The position numbers and the translations under genes were made by a program. Positions 1 through 9,217 of a DNA stretch of 64,000 nucleotides are shown piece after piece. Every line of letters begins with the position of its first letter. Position 1 is the first letter of the stretch. The stretch comes from Phycisphaeraceae bacterium. Its GTDB lineage: Bacteria > Planctomycetota > Phycisphaerae > Phycisphaerales > Phycisphaeraceae. The stretch covers positions 352,001 through 416,000 of the forward strand of contig OY771506.1 in assembly GCA_963674705.1 (NCBI GenBank), written 5' to 3'. The notes beneath the pieces are model-generated. The model was not told the DNA's origin, made no database searches, and worked only from the letters and a program-made list of their open reading frames with translations.

Positions 1-151
1 GCAAAAACAGCCAGACCTTGAAGAAACCAAATAAGGCTTTGGCGATAAACGCCCCCTGCATCCCATACAGCGTCAACCACACCGCAATACTCGGCGCGGG
101 CACCAGAAGCAGCAAGGCTAACAACGCGTTACGTTTGCGATTGTCCGGCAT
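1..151 (-). CDS. Partial (5' end) membrane protein, probably CPBP/CAAX-type intramembrane protease
   Basis: Read manually: ATG at 151 gives MPDNRKRNALLALLLLVPAPSIAVWLTLYGMQGAFIAKALFGFFKVWLFL..., which runs off the window. The LLLLVPAPSI start resembles CPBP-family proteins from memory. Confidence 0.55.
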   Translation of the reverse strand, partial: MPDNRKRNALLALLLLVPAPSIAVWLTLYGMQGAFIAKALFGFFKVWLFL

Positions 152-179
152 GCTGAATTTATACTTGAATTAACACTTC

Positions 180-407
180 TTAACCACAAAGCCGCAGAAT
201 TGAGGAACAGGGATGGACACGGATAGGGGAGAATGGCGAATGCACGAATGTCGGATGTCGAATGAATGCTCAAATGACAAATGCCAAAATCATATACGTT
301 CAAAAATTCGTCATTGGTAATTGGGCATTCTTTCGACATTCGTGCATTTACAGATATCCGTGTCCATCCCTGTTCCATGTTTCTTTCTCTGTGCCTGTGT
401 GCTTCAA
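180..407. repeat. Nested inverted-repeat element (9-mer/7-mer short-repeat palindrome, empty)
   Basis: GAACAGGGATGGACACGGATA (~205-225) pairs with TATCCGTGTCCATCCCTGTTC (~356-376). Inside, AATGCACGAATGTCG pairs with CGACATTCGTGCATT. Confidence 0.85.
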
Positions 408-506
408 TCCATCCGCGCGCAAAAAAGCACGGCCCAGGCAGAGGATGCACTGAGCCGCACTCGATCAGGGGTACGGTTATTCCGGCGTTAACCGGTATGG
501 ATTCTT

Positions 507-1046
507 TCACATCGCCGAGGCGACGGGGCCTTTCTCGACCTTCGGCCGCATCGGAGCGGGGGCCGGGGTCATGGGTTGCTGCGGTGTCCGGCGTTGCATG
601 AAGTCCGGGCGGAGCAGGATCGCGCGGGGCGTGATCGTCTTTTTCTCTTCAACCGGCGCCAGTTTGCCGCGGTGGATCACGTAAGCGGTGTCCTGGGCGG
701 TCAAGGCTTTGTACAGCCGTTGGGCACGCAAAATGGAGTGCCCGGTGTCGATGCCGCCGGTCTGCTTGATGTAGTTGCGGTCCGGATCGACATAGATCGC
801 CTGTCCGCCCATCTGCAGCGTGGCCACTTCCGGTTCAACCACGTCGTCTCGCATCAACAAGCCCACGGTATCACGGTTCATGTTGCTGACCGGGATCAGT
901 TCGTAGGCGGATTTTTCGCGTTGTACGGGTACAGTCAATCCGGGCTTTGCTTTGCCGACGACGGTGACAGGCCCATCGGCCAGCACCGGCATCGCCATCG
1001 CGCTAAGCGCAACCATACTTATGCATACATCCCTGAATCTCATCAC
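507..1046 (-). CDS. Secreted hypothetical protein
   Basis: 179-aa ORF with N-terminal signal peptide (ALSAMAMPVLA-D) and an AGGAGAG Shine-Dalgarno upstream. Confidence 0.7.
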   Translation of the reverse strand: MMRFRDVCISMVALSAMAMPVLADGPVTVVGKAKPGLTVPVQREKSAYELIPVSNMNRDTVGLLMRDDVVEPEVATLQMGGQAIYVDPDRNYIKQTGGIDTGHSILRAQRLYKALTAQDTAYVIHRGKLAPVEEKKTITPRAILLRPDFMQRRTPQQPMTPAPAPMRPKVEKGPVASAM

Positions 1047-1480
1047 TGATGTCTCTCCTTCCGGCTCCGGGCGGCTTTTGTCCGGGGCACGTCGAAGGGT
1101 CCCTCAACCGATCGACGTTCGACTCTCTTCATTTTGCCCCTTGCGGGCGGCGTCATCCGGCCTGAACATCTCTGGCCGGCACCTCTCCCTCCGGGCGACA
1201 AGCAGATATTCGCAACCGTCATGCCACCCGTTATTACACATTATACCCCAATATAATCCAATGGCCAGCAGCACTTTATGTTAAATTAGGTGGTTTTCGG
1301 ACCCTGTCCGGTCACGCAGGTTGTTGCACGAAATCAACAGCCATCCCCCATTCGTCGCCCCCGCACAACATCAACGCAGACTTGAGTTTGCAGTATCGAA
1401 CCGACTCCCTATCATGCGCGCCCACCGGCTTGTGACGCGCGTCTGGGTCGAACACGCCAACCCTCCCCCCGCAGTACAAC

Positions 1481-2980
1481 ATGGCCCGCCGAAGTAGCCA
1501 ACCCAAACCCGCCCTATTGCGCACACGCACCAGCACCGGCCTGCCGCTGTCGCTGCGCAAACAACTGATGTTCGTCCTCTATGCCTGGACGTTCGGCTCG
1601 GTCTGGCTCTGGTCGATCTCGGGCGCGGCCATGACGCGCTTCAGCAAGGAAATGGGCCTGCCTGAGTACGGCTTCGGTGTCCTGGCGACGCTGCCGTTTG
1701 TCGGAACCTTGCTGCAACTACCCGTCAGCTATCTCGTCGAACGATACGGCCGACGGAAAATGGTCTTCCTCTGGCTGGGCAGTTTCGGGCGCGCGCTGTG
1801 GACACTCACAGCGATGATCCCATGGATCTTCCCCAACAGCCGGGAATGGTGGTGGCCGACGATGCTCTTGTCGCTGCTGCTGACCTGGTCATGCGCCCAG
1901 GCATCCGTCCCGGCGTGGATGAACTGGATGTCGGACGTGATCCCCAGGCAGATACGGGGCCGATACTTCGGACTGCGCAACCAGATAGGCCAACCCATCG
2001 GTCTCATCACGACGCTGGGTATCGGATACGCACTGGATCAGGCTGCCAACGCGCAAGGCATGCACCCGGACATCATGCTCAAGGTCACCTCGGCGATCCT
2101 CGGCGTTGCCGGCATGGTGGGCACGCTGGATATCCTGTGTTTCCGCTTTGTGGATGACACGGATGACAAACCCAAACCGGATACGGACGGCATCCTGCGG
2201 ATGATGCTCAAACCCCTGAAAGTGCCAGAATTCCGCAGGTATTTGGCGTTCAACTTCACACTCATGCTGGGGATCGGCTGCATCGGCCAATACATCTGGC
2301 TCTACCTGTTCGACGTCATCGGCTGGTCGAACCAACGCGCCAACATAATGCTGATCGGCGTCCCGCTGATCGTGCGGATGTTCAGCTTCAAGATCTGGGG
2401 CACACTGATCGACCGGCTGGGCAAGAAACCCGTGATGCTGATCGTCGGATGCTTGAGCCTGTCGGACTCGATCGGCTGGCTGCTGGTCGGCCCCAACCAC
2501 TACATGCTCGGTTATTCCATGGTGCTGATCGCGGTCTTCGTCTGGCCCGGGATGGAAATCGCGAACTTCAACTTCATCCTGAACATGTCAGGCGGCGGTC
2601 GGGGCAAGGATCGTACGGGGGGAACGGCCTATGTCGCGGTCAACTCCATCGCCACCGCGGTCGGCGGGATCCTCTCGGGGCTGCTCGGTGGGCTAGCGGC
2701 AAGCCAACTGGCCGGTTGGAGCCACGACCTGCCCATCATGGATATCCACCTGACGTATCACGGCGTACTGCTGCTGAGTTCTGGTTTCTTGAAGCTGGTT
2801 GCGATGTTGTGGGTGCTGAGCCTGCACGAGCCCAAAGCGGTGGGCACACGTGACGCGATCCGCTACATGACCACTTCGATCTATTCAAACGTACGCCAGG
2901 CCGCACTGATGCCGACCCGTGTCGTTGGCCAGGTGGCAAGGTGGAGTTATAAGGTTACGCCCTTGCCTAAGCGTAAATAG
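1481..2980 (+). CDS. MFS transporter
   Basis: About 12 hydrophobic segments; MFS motif-A-like ERYGRRK and DRLGKK; DVIPRQIRGRYFG loop. Confidence 0.9.
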   Translation: MARRSSQPKPALLRTRTSTGLPLSLRKQLMFVLYAWTFGSVWLWSISGAAMTRFSKEMGLPEYGFGVLATLPFVGTLLQLPVSYLVERYGRRKMVFLWLGSFGRALWTLTAMIPWIFPNSREWWWPTMLLSLLLTWSCAQASVPAWMNWMSDVIPRQIRGRYFGLRNQIGQPIGLITTLGIGYALDQAANAQGMHPDIMLKVTSAILGVAGMVGTLDILCFRFVDDTDDKPKPDTDGILRMMLKPLKVPEFRRYLAFNFTLMLGIGCIGQYIWLYLFDVIGWSNQRANIMLIGVPLIVRMFSFKIWGTLIDRLGKKPVMLIVGCLSLSDSIGWLLVGPNHYMLGYSMVLIAVFVWPGMEIANFNFILNMSGGGRGKDRTGGTAYVAVNSIATAVGGILSGLLGGLAASQLAGWSHDLPIMDIHLTYHGVLLLSSGFLKLVAMLWVLSLHEPKAVGTRDAIRYMTTSIYSNVRQAALMPTRVVGQVARWSYKVTPLPKRK

Positions 2981-3090
2981 TCTCATCTACACGGATTGGG
3001 GGCTACAATGCTGGGCGCAGCCTGTTGCAGGCATGGGGAACCGGCGGGCCTGTGCTGCGTCTAAAAGCGGTAGCAATGGAGATAACCATC

Positions 3091-3708
3091 ATGAATATGA
3101 ACCAAACCAAGCGTATGTGGACTGTAGCCCTGCTGGGTATCGCCGTCATGGCGGCAAGCGGCTGCATCAGTGACCGTGGCAACCGCGGCGGGCGGCTGGA
3201 CGTCACCGAAACGACCGAAGCCGAATGGGACTCCGCCAAGGTCCTGCCCGTCTCGCTCGTCGAGTTCAGCGATCAGGCGGCCCAACGGGTCGTCGAAGAC
3301 CTGGTCAAGCTGCCGCAGATCCGCGATAACCAGGGACGCGTCACCGTGATCCTCGGCGACATCAACAACAAGACCGGCATCGTCAGCTCGACCGAGTTCG
3401 AGGTCGTCACCGCACGCCTGCGCAACAACCTGATCAACAGCGACATCGCCCGCGGTACGCTCCGATTTGTCGAACGTCGCGCCCGGATGCTCGACCTTGC
3501 AGAACGTGAGGCCGTCGCATCCGACCAGGTGCTTGCCGATCCGCCCAACTACGATCCGCAGACCACCTACACACTCAACGGCGACTTCTACCGCATCGGC
3601 CGAGGTGAAACGAACCAGTACTACATGGAAGTGCAACTCGTTCACTTCGGGACCAACGAGATCGTCTTCTCAGACCGCTACGACTCCAAACATTCGACTA
3701 AAGACTGA
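3091..3708 (+). CDS. LpoB/CsgG-like lipoprotein
   Basis: Lipobox MAASG-C; LGDINNKT motif and Y-M-VQLV...TNEIVFS C-terminus typical of the LpoB/CsgG fold. Start uncertain (3025-3097). Confidence 0.7.
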   Translation: MNMNQTKRMWTVALLGIAVMAASGCISDRGNRGGRLDVTETTEAEWDSAKVLPVSLVEFSDQAAQRVVEDLVKLPQIRDNQGRVTVILGDINNKTGIVSSTEFEVVTARLRNNLINSDIARGTLRFVERRARMLDLAEREAVASDQVLADPPNYDPQTTYTLNGDFYRIGRGETNQYYMEVQLVHFGTNEIVFSDRYDSKHSTKD

Positions 3709-4361
3709 TGCGTACTTCTATGTGTGGCGAACGCACCGACGCTATCCCTGGCCGCCGGCTGCCAGCCGGCGCGTCGCGCCACTTGGCAGGTGGCGGCTAT
3801 CGGATCATCGCACTTGCGCTTACGGCGATGATACTGACCGGTTGTAACGCCAAACCCGTCGGCCAATCCACGCGCTGGACGATCGACGACGTCGAGGCCA
3901 TGACCCACGAGATGGCCCAGAGCCTGCGCGACAGCGAAGCCTTCGCCAAACGCGGCCCCGATAGCGAACCGTGGATCATCTCCATGGACAAAGTCCTGAA
4001 CCTGTCGGATGAAGTGATGACGCCGAACGAGCAGTGGTCGATCATGGCCCAGGTGCGCGGCGCGGCCGATATCCAGGCGCTGTGGGATGAAAAAGCCGTA
4101 CGTTTCGTGATCCCCCCCGAGCGCGTCGTGCAACTGCGCAACAGCGAATACGGCTACGACTTCGACGATAGCTTCGCGCAGAACCGAAAAGTCACGCACA
4201 CCCTCACCGCGACCTTCCGGTCATTAACCCGCGCCCAGGCCAAGCAGCGCAGCGACCTGTATTACTGTGAATTCGAGATACTCGACTTTGCCACCCACGA
4301 ACCGGTCTGGACCGACAAGTTCGAATTCAAACGCAGTGCAAAGGGGCACGTGTGGGATTGA
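3708..4361 (+). CDS. Second LpoB-like lipoprotein
   Basis: Lipobox MILTG-C; VLNLSDE and DLYYCEFEILDFATHEPVWTD resemble the LpoB fold; overlaps the upstream stop codon. Confidence 0.65.
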   Translation: MRTSMCGERTDAIPGRRLPAGASRHLAGGGYRIIALALTAMILTGCNAKPVGQSTRWTIDDVEAMTHEMAQSLRDSEAFAKRGPDSEPWIISMDKVLNLSDEVMTPNEQWSIMAQVRGAADIQALWDEKAVRFVIPPERVVQLRNSEYGYDFDDSFAQNRKVTHTLTATFRSLTRAQAKQRSDLYYCEFEILDFATHEPVWTDKFEFKRSAKGHVWD

Positions 4362-6172
4362 AACCGATCCAACATGTCGTCAGTTGCCAACGCGCGGATC
4401 TGCGATCCGCCGCTAAACGGTGGCCCGCGTTCTATTGCATGTTTAGCGGGCGATCAAAGATCGCCGTGTTGCTTGTCTTACCTGTACTCATTTTGTGCAC
4501 ACTCGGCTGTCAGGAACCGATGAAAACCCCCGCCGCACGGCTCGCCGTCGGTGACTACGGCCGACCACGCACCGAGTTGCAAAACGACATGCAGCCAAAA
4601 CGCTCCGACCGGGAATACCTCCTGGATCGCATGCGCGTCGGCATCCTCACGCTCGCGGACGGCTACCCCCAATCCGCGCAGCACATCTTCGAAGAAGTCT
4701 ACGATGTCCTGCGCACGCAAGGCATCAACAAAGACAAAACCGTCGCCTCGGTCGTCATTAACGAAGACATCAAGATATGGAAAGGTGAACCGTTCGAGCA
4801 GGCGCTGGCGTTGGCGTATTACGCAATGACTCAGGCCGAGCTAGGCTCGTGGGACAACGCACGCGCCGCTGCAAACAACTCCCTGTTCTCCCTGCGTGAC
4901 TTCGGCACGGATGATGAAGGCAACCGCATCGACACCTACGAAATCGCTCAGCGCGCCGTCGAATACGAACGCGCCATCGAAGCCGGCGACTCGCCCGAAG
5001 AAGCCCTGAAGAAAGCGAACTACATCGACAACGGCTACGTCGTCCGCGACTCCAACTTCATCCTCGGCTACCTGCTTGCCGGCATCGCCAACCAGCAGCT
5101 CGGCCGAGACAAAGAAGCCGATGACAACTTCCTGCGCGTGCTCGAAGTCGACGACACGTTAGCCCGGCTTGTCGAAGAGCTGCGCAGAAATCGGTACAAC
5201 ACGATCCTCGTCGTCAGCTACGGCCTGGGCCCACAAAAAGAAGGCTACGGCCCCGACAACGCCCTCGCCCGCTTCAGCCCCCGCTTCGCCAGCGACAAAG
5301 GCGAACTGCGCATCCGCTTCGGCCCGAGCATGGGTCGCGCCTACCCCGTCGTGCAGGATGTCAACACCATGGCCGCGGATCACATGTGGAACAACATGGA
5401 GGATGTCCGCAGCGCTAAAAGCACGATCGGAAACATCATGCTCGTCGGCGGCGCGATCGCAACACAGTACGGCGGATCGCGGGGCGGGCACGACGACGCG
5501 GTCTATGCCGGTTTGGCTGCAATGGCTGCGGGCATCATCCTCAAAGCCGGGGCGCACGTCGATATCCGTTACTGCGATGTCATGCCCCAACGCTTCTACC
5601 TCGTACCGCTCTACTTGTCGGACCCGAAGCAGACGATCACGCTCGACGTTCAGAACCGTCCATCAACCCAACTTGAATTGACCGGCCTCGGACCGCCGGG
5701 CCCGGAAATGATGGGTAAAGCCCAACTGCGATACATCCGCCTTGTCAGCAATAACAACCACAGCGCCCCACCACCCTCCTGGGCAAGCTCCGGCCAGATC
5801 TACTACACCAACCCGTACTCAACATCGCACACCTCCGGCCCATACATCCTCGGCGGGATGGATGTCAGCCCGCCCACCCAACAAGTGCTCGACAGCTACA
5901 AACAAGCAGGCCAGTTCTACGGCAAAACACTCAACGACCTGCGCGAACTTTATCGAGCCGAAGGCATCCAACTAACCACTGAAGACCAGGGCGGCTTCGT
6001 CGGCCGACATGTGCTCGAAGGCGGTAACTCACTGGTTTCCCCCCTGCCGGGGACGACCGGCTTCGTCCGCCTGTTCGGACAGTTGCACTCACCGTATCAT
6101 CCCAAGTCGCAGGAAGTCGCCCAGTTAGCCACCATCCAACCAGCCACAACGCCTCAAGGAGACACGCCATGA
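4352..6172 (+). CDS. COG3014-like TPR lipoprotein
   Basis: Lipobox CTLG-C; WKGEPFEQALA..YYA..G.WDNARAA and AHVDIRY motifs match COG3014-type proteins. Real start probably 4439. Confidence 0.65.
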   Translation: MGLKPIQHVVSCQRADLRSAAKRWPAFYCMFSGRSKIAVLLVLPVLILCTLGCQEPMKTPAARLAVGDYGRPRTELQNDMQPKRSDREYLLDRMRVGILTLADGYPQSAQHIFEEVYDVLRTQGINKDKTVASVVINEDIKIWKGEPFEQALALAYYAMTQAELGSWDNARAAANNSLFSLRDFGTDDEGNRIDTYEIAQRAVEYERAIEAGDSPEEALKKANYIDNGYVVRDSNFILGYLLAGIANQQLGRDKEADDNFLRVLEVDDTLARLVEELRRNRYNTILVVSYGLGPQKEGYGPDNALARFSPRFASDKGELRIRFGPSMGRAYPVVQDVNTMAADHMWNNMEDVRSAKSTIGNIMLVGGAIATQYGGSRGGHDDAVYAGLAAMAAGIILKAGAHVDIRYCDVMPQRFYLVPLYLSDPKQTITLDVQNRPSTQLELTGLGPPGPEMMGKAQLRYIRLVSNNNHSAPPPSWASSGQIYYTNPYSTSHTSGPYILGGMDVSPPTQQVLDSYKQAGQFYGKTLNDLRELYRAEGIQLTTEDQGGFVGRHVLEGGNSLVSPLPGTTGFVRLFGQLHSPYHPKSQEVAQLATIQPATTPQGDTP

Positions 6173-6579
6173 CACGCTCAACACTGCTTTTCGCCGCCCT
6201 GCTCGCCACGCCGTGCCTGCTTGTCGGCTGCGCCAACGCCACCAAGGCCCCCCACGCCGTGAAGCCCGACCCCGTCGCGCCGGTCAGCTATCCGCAGATC
6301 GCGACCGAGAGCAACCTCGGCGACTTCATGTCCTACACCAAGCCGATCGTCCACATGGGCCCACCCATGAAGGTGACCGTCGCCCTGCGTCTGCGGGATG
6401 ATAAGCCCGTCAACGCCCAGTACCGCTTCACCTTCCTGGACGCCACCGGGGCCCCCACCGGCCAGCCGATGGACTGGCGTTTCATGGTCCTGCCCCCCCG
6501 ACTGCAGGTCTTCATGGAAGCCACCGCCACCAGCAGCGAAGCTCGCGACTGGCGCCTGGAAGTGCGACCGGCCAAGTAA
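6169..6579 (+). CDS. YcfL/DUF1425-like lipoprotein
   Basis: Lipobox LLVG-C; QYRFTFLDATG...W...ARDWRLEVR signature of the YcfL family; AAGGAG SD. Confidence 0.75.
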   Translation: MTRSTLLFAALLATPCLLVGCANATKAPHAVKPDPVAPVSYPQIATESNLGDFMSYTKPIVHMGPPMKVTVALRLRDDKPVNAQYRFTFLDATGAPTGQPMDWRFMVLPPRLQVFMEATATSSEARDWRLEVRPAK

Positions 6580-6659
6580 TTACGCGTAAGTCTTTTATTT
6601 TTAAATATTAACGCCAGATCGAAAGCGGATGGATTCTCGCCCCACCACGGGTCGCCACG

Positions 6660-6687
6660 TTGCAATCCCCAGCCATCCTGCTAGACT
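6660..6687 (+). promoter_or_regulatory. Putative sigma70 promoter of rplU
   Basis: TTGCAA-16 nt-TAGACT upstream of rplU. Confidence 0.4.
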
Positions 6688-6741
6688 ACCCGGCTCGATT
6701 CAAGCGATAGAACCCAATAGAGAACAGGCAGGAACTCAGCC

Positions 6742-7059
6742 ATGTACGCGATCATTGAAGACTCCGGCATACAGATCAAGGTTTCCGAAGGCGACATCAT
6801 CCGTGTCGACCTGCGCGATTTGGCTGACGACGCCCAGAGCCTCACCTTCGACCGCGTCCTGATGATCGGCGGCGAAGAAGGCGACACCAAGATCGGCCAG
6901 CCCGTCGTTGCCGGCGCTTCGGTAACTGCCGACATCATCGACCCCGATGATTCGGAAAAGGTCAGCATCACCAAGTTCAGGCGTCGCAAGACCTACAAGC
7001 GCCAAAACGGCCACCGCCAGCACTACATCAAGTGCAAAATCACCGGCATCAAGGCCTGA
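6742..7059 (+). CDS. rplU: 50S ribosomal protein bL21
   Basis: MYAIIEDSG.QIKV.EGD and KFRRRK.YKR.NGHRQ.Y signatures. Confidence 0.97.
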   Translation: MYAIIEDSGIQIKVSEGDIIRVDLRDLADDAQSLTFDRVLMIGGEEGDTKIGQPVVAGASVTADIIDPDDSEKVSITKFRRRKTYKRQNGHRQHYIKCKITGIKA

Positions 7060-7096
7060 TTGGCGCACCACACTTGCACAAAGTTAATCACCCCCA

Positions 7097-7130
7097 CGGC
7101 GAGGCGTGCTTCAGCACGCCGGCGGTTTTC
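7097..7130 (+). terminator. Probable intrinsic terminator after rplU
   Basis: GGCGTGC-TTCA-GCACGCC hairpin followed by GGTTTTC. Confidence 0.5.
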
Positions 7131-7131
7131 T

Positions 7132-7222
7132 AATGTTCAATCTTCAATATGCAATGTTCAATCTGATGTTGTCACCGGCAACATGCTTTTAGATTGAACA
7201 TCGAACATTCCACATTGAACAT
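7132..7222. repeat. Inverted pair of AATGTTC/GAACATT heptamer arrays
   Basis: AATGTTCAATCTTCAATATGCAATGTTCAAT ... ATTGAACATCGAACATTCCACATTGAACAT between convergent rplU and yjbQ. Confidence 0.8.
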
Positions 7223-7234
7223 CCCACATCCCCC

Positions 7235-7669
7235 TCATTCCCCAATAATCTTCACCAGCACGCGCTTCCGCCTCCGCCCATCAAACTCCGCATAAAAGAT
7301 CTGCTCCCAAGGCCCGAAGTCCAACTCGCCATCCGTTATCGCGACCACCACCTCGCGCCCCATGATCTGCCGTTTCATATGCGCATCGGCGTTGTCCTCG
7401 CCCGTGCGGTTATGACGATACCCACCGGCCGAGACATCGCCGGACGCATTAAACGGCGCGAGCTTTTCCAGCCAGTCGTCATAGTCCTGGATCAACCCGG
7501 ACTCGTTGTCGTTGATATACACGCTGGCTGTGATGTGCATCGCATTCACAAGACAAAGCCCGTTCTGCACGCCGCTCTGCGTGACTAACTCCTGCACCTT
7601 CGTGGAAATGTTCACGTAACCACGCCGATCAGGAATATCAAACCAGAGTTCTTCACGTAAGTGTTTCAT
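7235..7669 (-). CDS. yjbQ: UPF0047/YjbQ family protein
   Basis: [24 protein letters not shown] and [14 protein letters not shown] motifs. Confidence 0.92.
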   Translation of the reverse strand: MKHLREELWFDIPDRRGYVNISTKVQELVTQSGVQNGLCLVNAMHITASVYINDNESGLIQDYDDWLEKLAPFNASGDVSAGGYRHNRTGEDNADAHMKRQIMGREVVVAITDGELDFGPWEQIFYAEFDGRRRKRVLVKIIGE

Positions 7670-7686
7670 GGTGTAGGGTGTTTATA

Positions 7687-7887
7687 TTTATGATTCATGA
7701 TTTAGGATTTATGATTTGTGCTAATGGCTAACGGCTTTACCCACCCCCCAAGCCGCGCGATAGCTGCGCAGCAGCTTTACGCGGGTCTCTTCCCGGGTAT
7801 CGGGTATCGGGTATCGGGTATCGGAAAACGCACGTAAACATTGTCTTAATTTCCTGCTTTCCTAATTTCCTGTTTTCCAGCTTTCCT
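7687..7887. repeat. Composite repeat module: TTTATGA and GCTAATG heptamers, 47-bp REP-like unit, (CGGGTAT)4, TTTCC-rich octamers
   Basis: Directly visible. The 47-bp unit at 7750-7796 recurs at 16787-16833 with 1 mismatch. Confidence 0.85.
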
Positions 7888-7893
7888 CCTCCC

Positions 7894-8589
7894 CTAACGA
7901 TTCTTCCCCCTCACCTCTTCCTCCTCCTTCACCGGCTCATTGAACCGGCAAAGATAAATCCGCTCCGGCACGACCTTGCCGCCGTGCCCATCAAAGTATT
8001 CCGTGTTGTCGCCGATGCCGTCCGTCGAGCCTTGGCTCGAGCGGTACTTTAAACCGATGCGGTTGCCATCATCATCCGTGATCCAGCTCAGGAAGATAAT
8101 GCTGTGCCCGCCCTTGGTGCGCCAGAAGTTGCCGAAGTCGCCCGGGCGTGCTTCATCGTGCGTCACAGCATGGCCGACGCCGAGGTGCTCCATCGCCATC
8201 GTGCACTGCGTCTCGGCGCTCTCTTTGCTCGAGCCGTACCACTCGCGTTGGAAGTTCTTCACCTGCTCATACGTCTTGCCTTCAAACAGCCCGCGATGCT
8301 CTGCAAGACGGAACGCGACCTGGAACGTGAACCCGCAGCAGTACGTGCCTTCAGGCTGCTTCTTGAGGATCGTTTTGCCATCGAATTCAAGCGTTTCGTT
8401 GACGCCGGTCGAGTCTTTCCAGATATACCCGCCGCCGTCCGCGTAGGCGTATGCGACCTTCAGCGCATCGTTGGCGTACTTGCTCTCACTTGATTCGCTT
8501 TCCTCCGCACGCACAATCGACGACTGCAAACCAACCGCCAATAAAACCATGGCCAACAAAACACGCGTGAACAAAATATTGCTTCTCAT
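7894..8589 (-). CDS. Secreted NlpC/P60-like (papain-fold Cys-His) protein
   Basis: Signal peptide; GGGY.W, GTYCCGFTF, ARPGDF and GHSIIF give the NlpC/P60-type motif order. Confidence 0.6.
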   Translation of the reverse strand: MRSNILFTRVLLAMVLLAVGLQSSIVRAEESESSESKYANDALKVAYAYADGGGYIWKDSTGVNETLEFDGKTILKKQPEGTYCCGFTFQVAFRLAEHRGLFEGKTYEQVKNFQREWYGSSKESAETQCTMAMEHLGVGHAVTHDEARPGDFGNFWRTKGGHSIIFLSWITDDDGNRIGLKYRSSQGSTDGIGDNTEYFDGHGGKVVPERIYLCRFNEPVKEEEEVRGKNR

Positions 8590-8610
8590 CTGTCTATCCC
8601 TTCTTCCCGG

Positions 8611-8820
8611 TTAATCACGCTGACAATCAGGCAAACCATCTACTCCCAAAACTTCACGGACCTCCGCCACATCCTCCACATCTATCATCACGCCGTCAAT
8701 GATATACCCGCGGATTCCCACCGCCTCGCCCGCCCGATCCAGCCCCGCCGGCACAACCTCCTCCACCTCGTGAAAACAACGGTCCGTATGCCGACGGATC
8801 GCGATACGGGGATGGGCCAT
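8611..8820 (-). CDS. Small hypothetical protein (69 aa)
   Basis: ATG at 8820 preceded by CAGGAAAAG; fills an otherwise empty gap (MAHPRIAIRRHTDRCFHEVEE...). Confidence 0.4.
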   Translation of the reverse strand: MAHPRIAIRRHTDRCFHEVEEVVPAGLDRAGEAVGIRGYIIDGVMIDVEDVAEVREVLGVDGLPDCQRD

Positions 8821-8895
8821 CTTTTCCTGGCGCTGGCTTTCATCACACATCGTGCTTATTGTAGCTGACAAAGATACCAAGGATGGAGCCCGCGT

Positions 8896-9180
8896 ATGGC
8901 TGAAATCGAGATCGGCCCGGAGGTCGAAGGCAAAAAACACTGGTCCTACGAAGTCAGCGTCTTCGATGCCGGCAAACGCCACACCTACGCCGTCACCCTC
9001 AGCTTCCAGGATTACGACCACTGGAGCAAAGGCGCGATCCCCCCGTCCAAGGTCGTCGAAAAAGCCTTCAAGTTCCTGCTCGAACGCGAACCCGCCGCCG
9101 CCATCATGAGCAAGTTCGACTGCTCCGTCATCCGCCGCTACTTCCCAGAAGTCGATACCGTGTTGCCGAAAATGAGTTGA
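8896..9180 (+). CDS. Conserved hypothetical protein
   Basis: Host-like codon usage; FLLEREP..I...FD..VI.RYFPE motif of a small conserved family. Confidence 0.8.
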   Translation: MAEIEIGPEVEGKKHWSYEVSVFDAGKRHTYAVTLSFQDYDHWSKGAIPPSKVVEKAFKFLLEREPAAAIMSKFDCSVIRRYFPEVDTVLPKMS

Positions 9181-9217
9181 TAGCTTGTTGCATTTTACTT
9201 GGATGATGTGAGATATT

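Noticed and set aside
1259..1286. TTATGTTAAAT, a perfect XerD arm suggesting a dif site
   Set aside because: The would-be XerC arm (CAATGGCCAGC) does not resemble the consensus and lacks the inner TAA symmetry; the site lies in a divergent promoter region.
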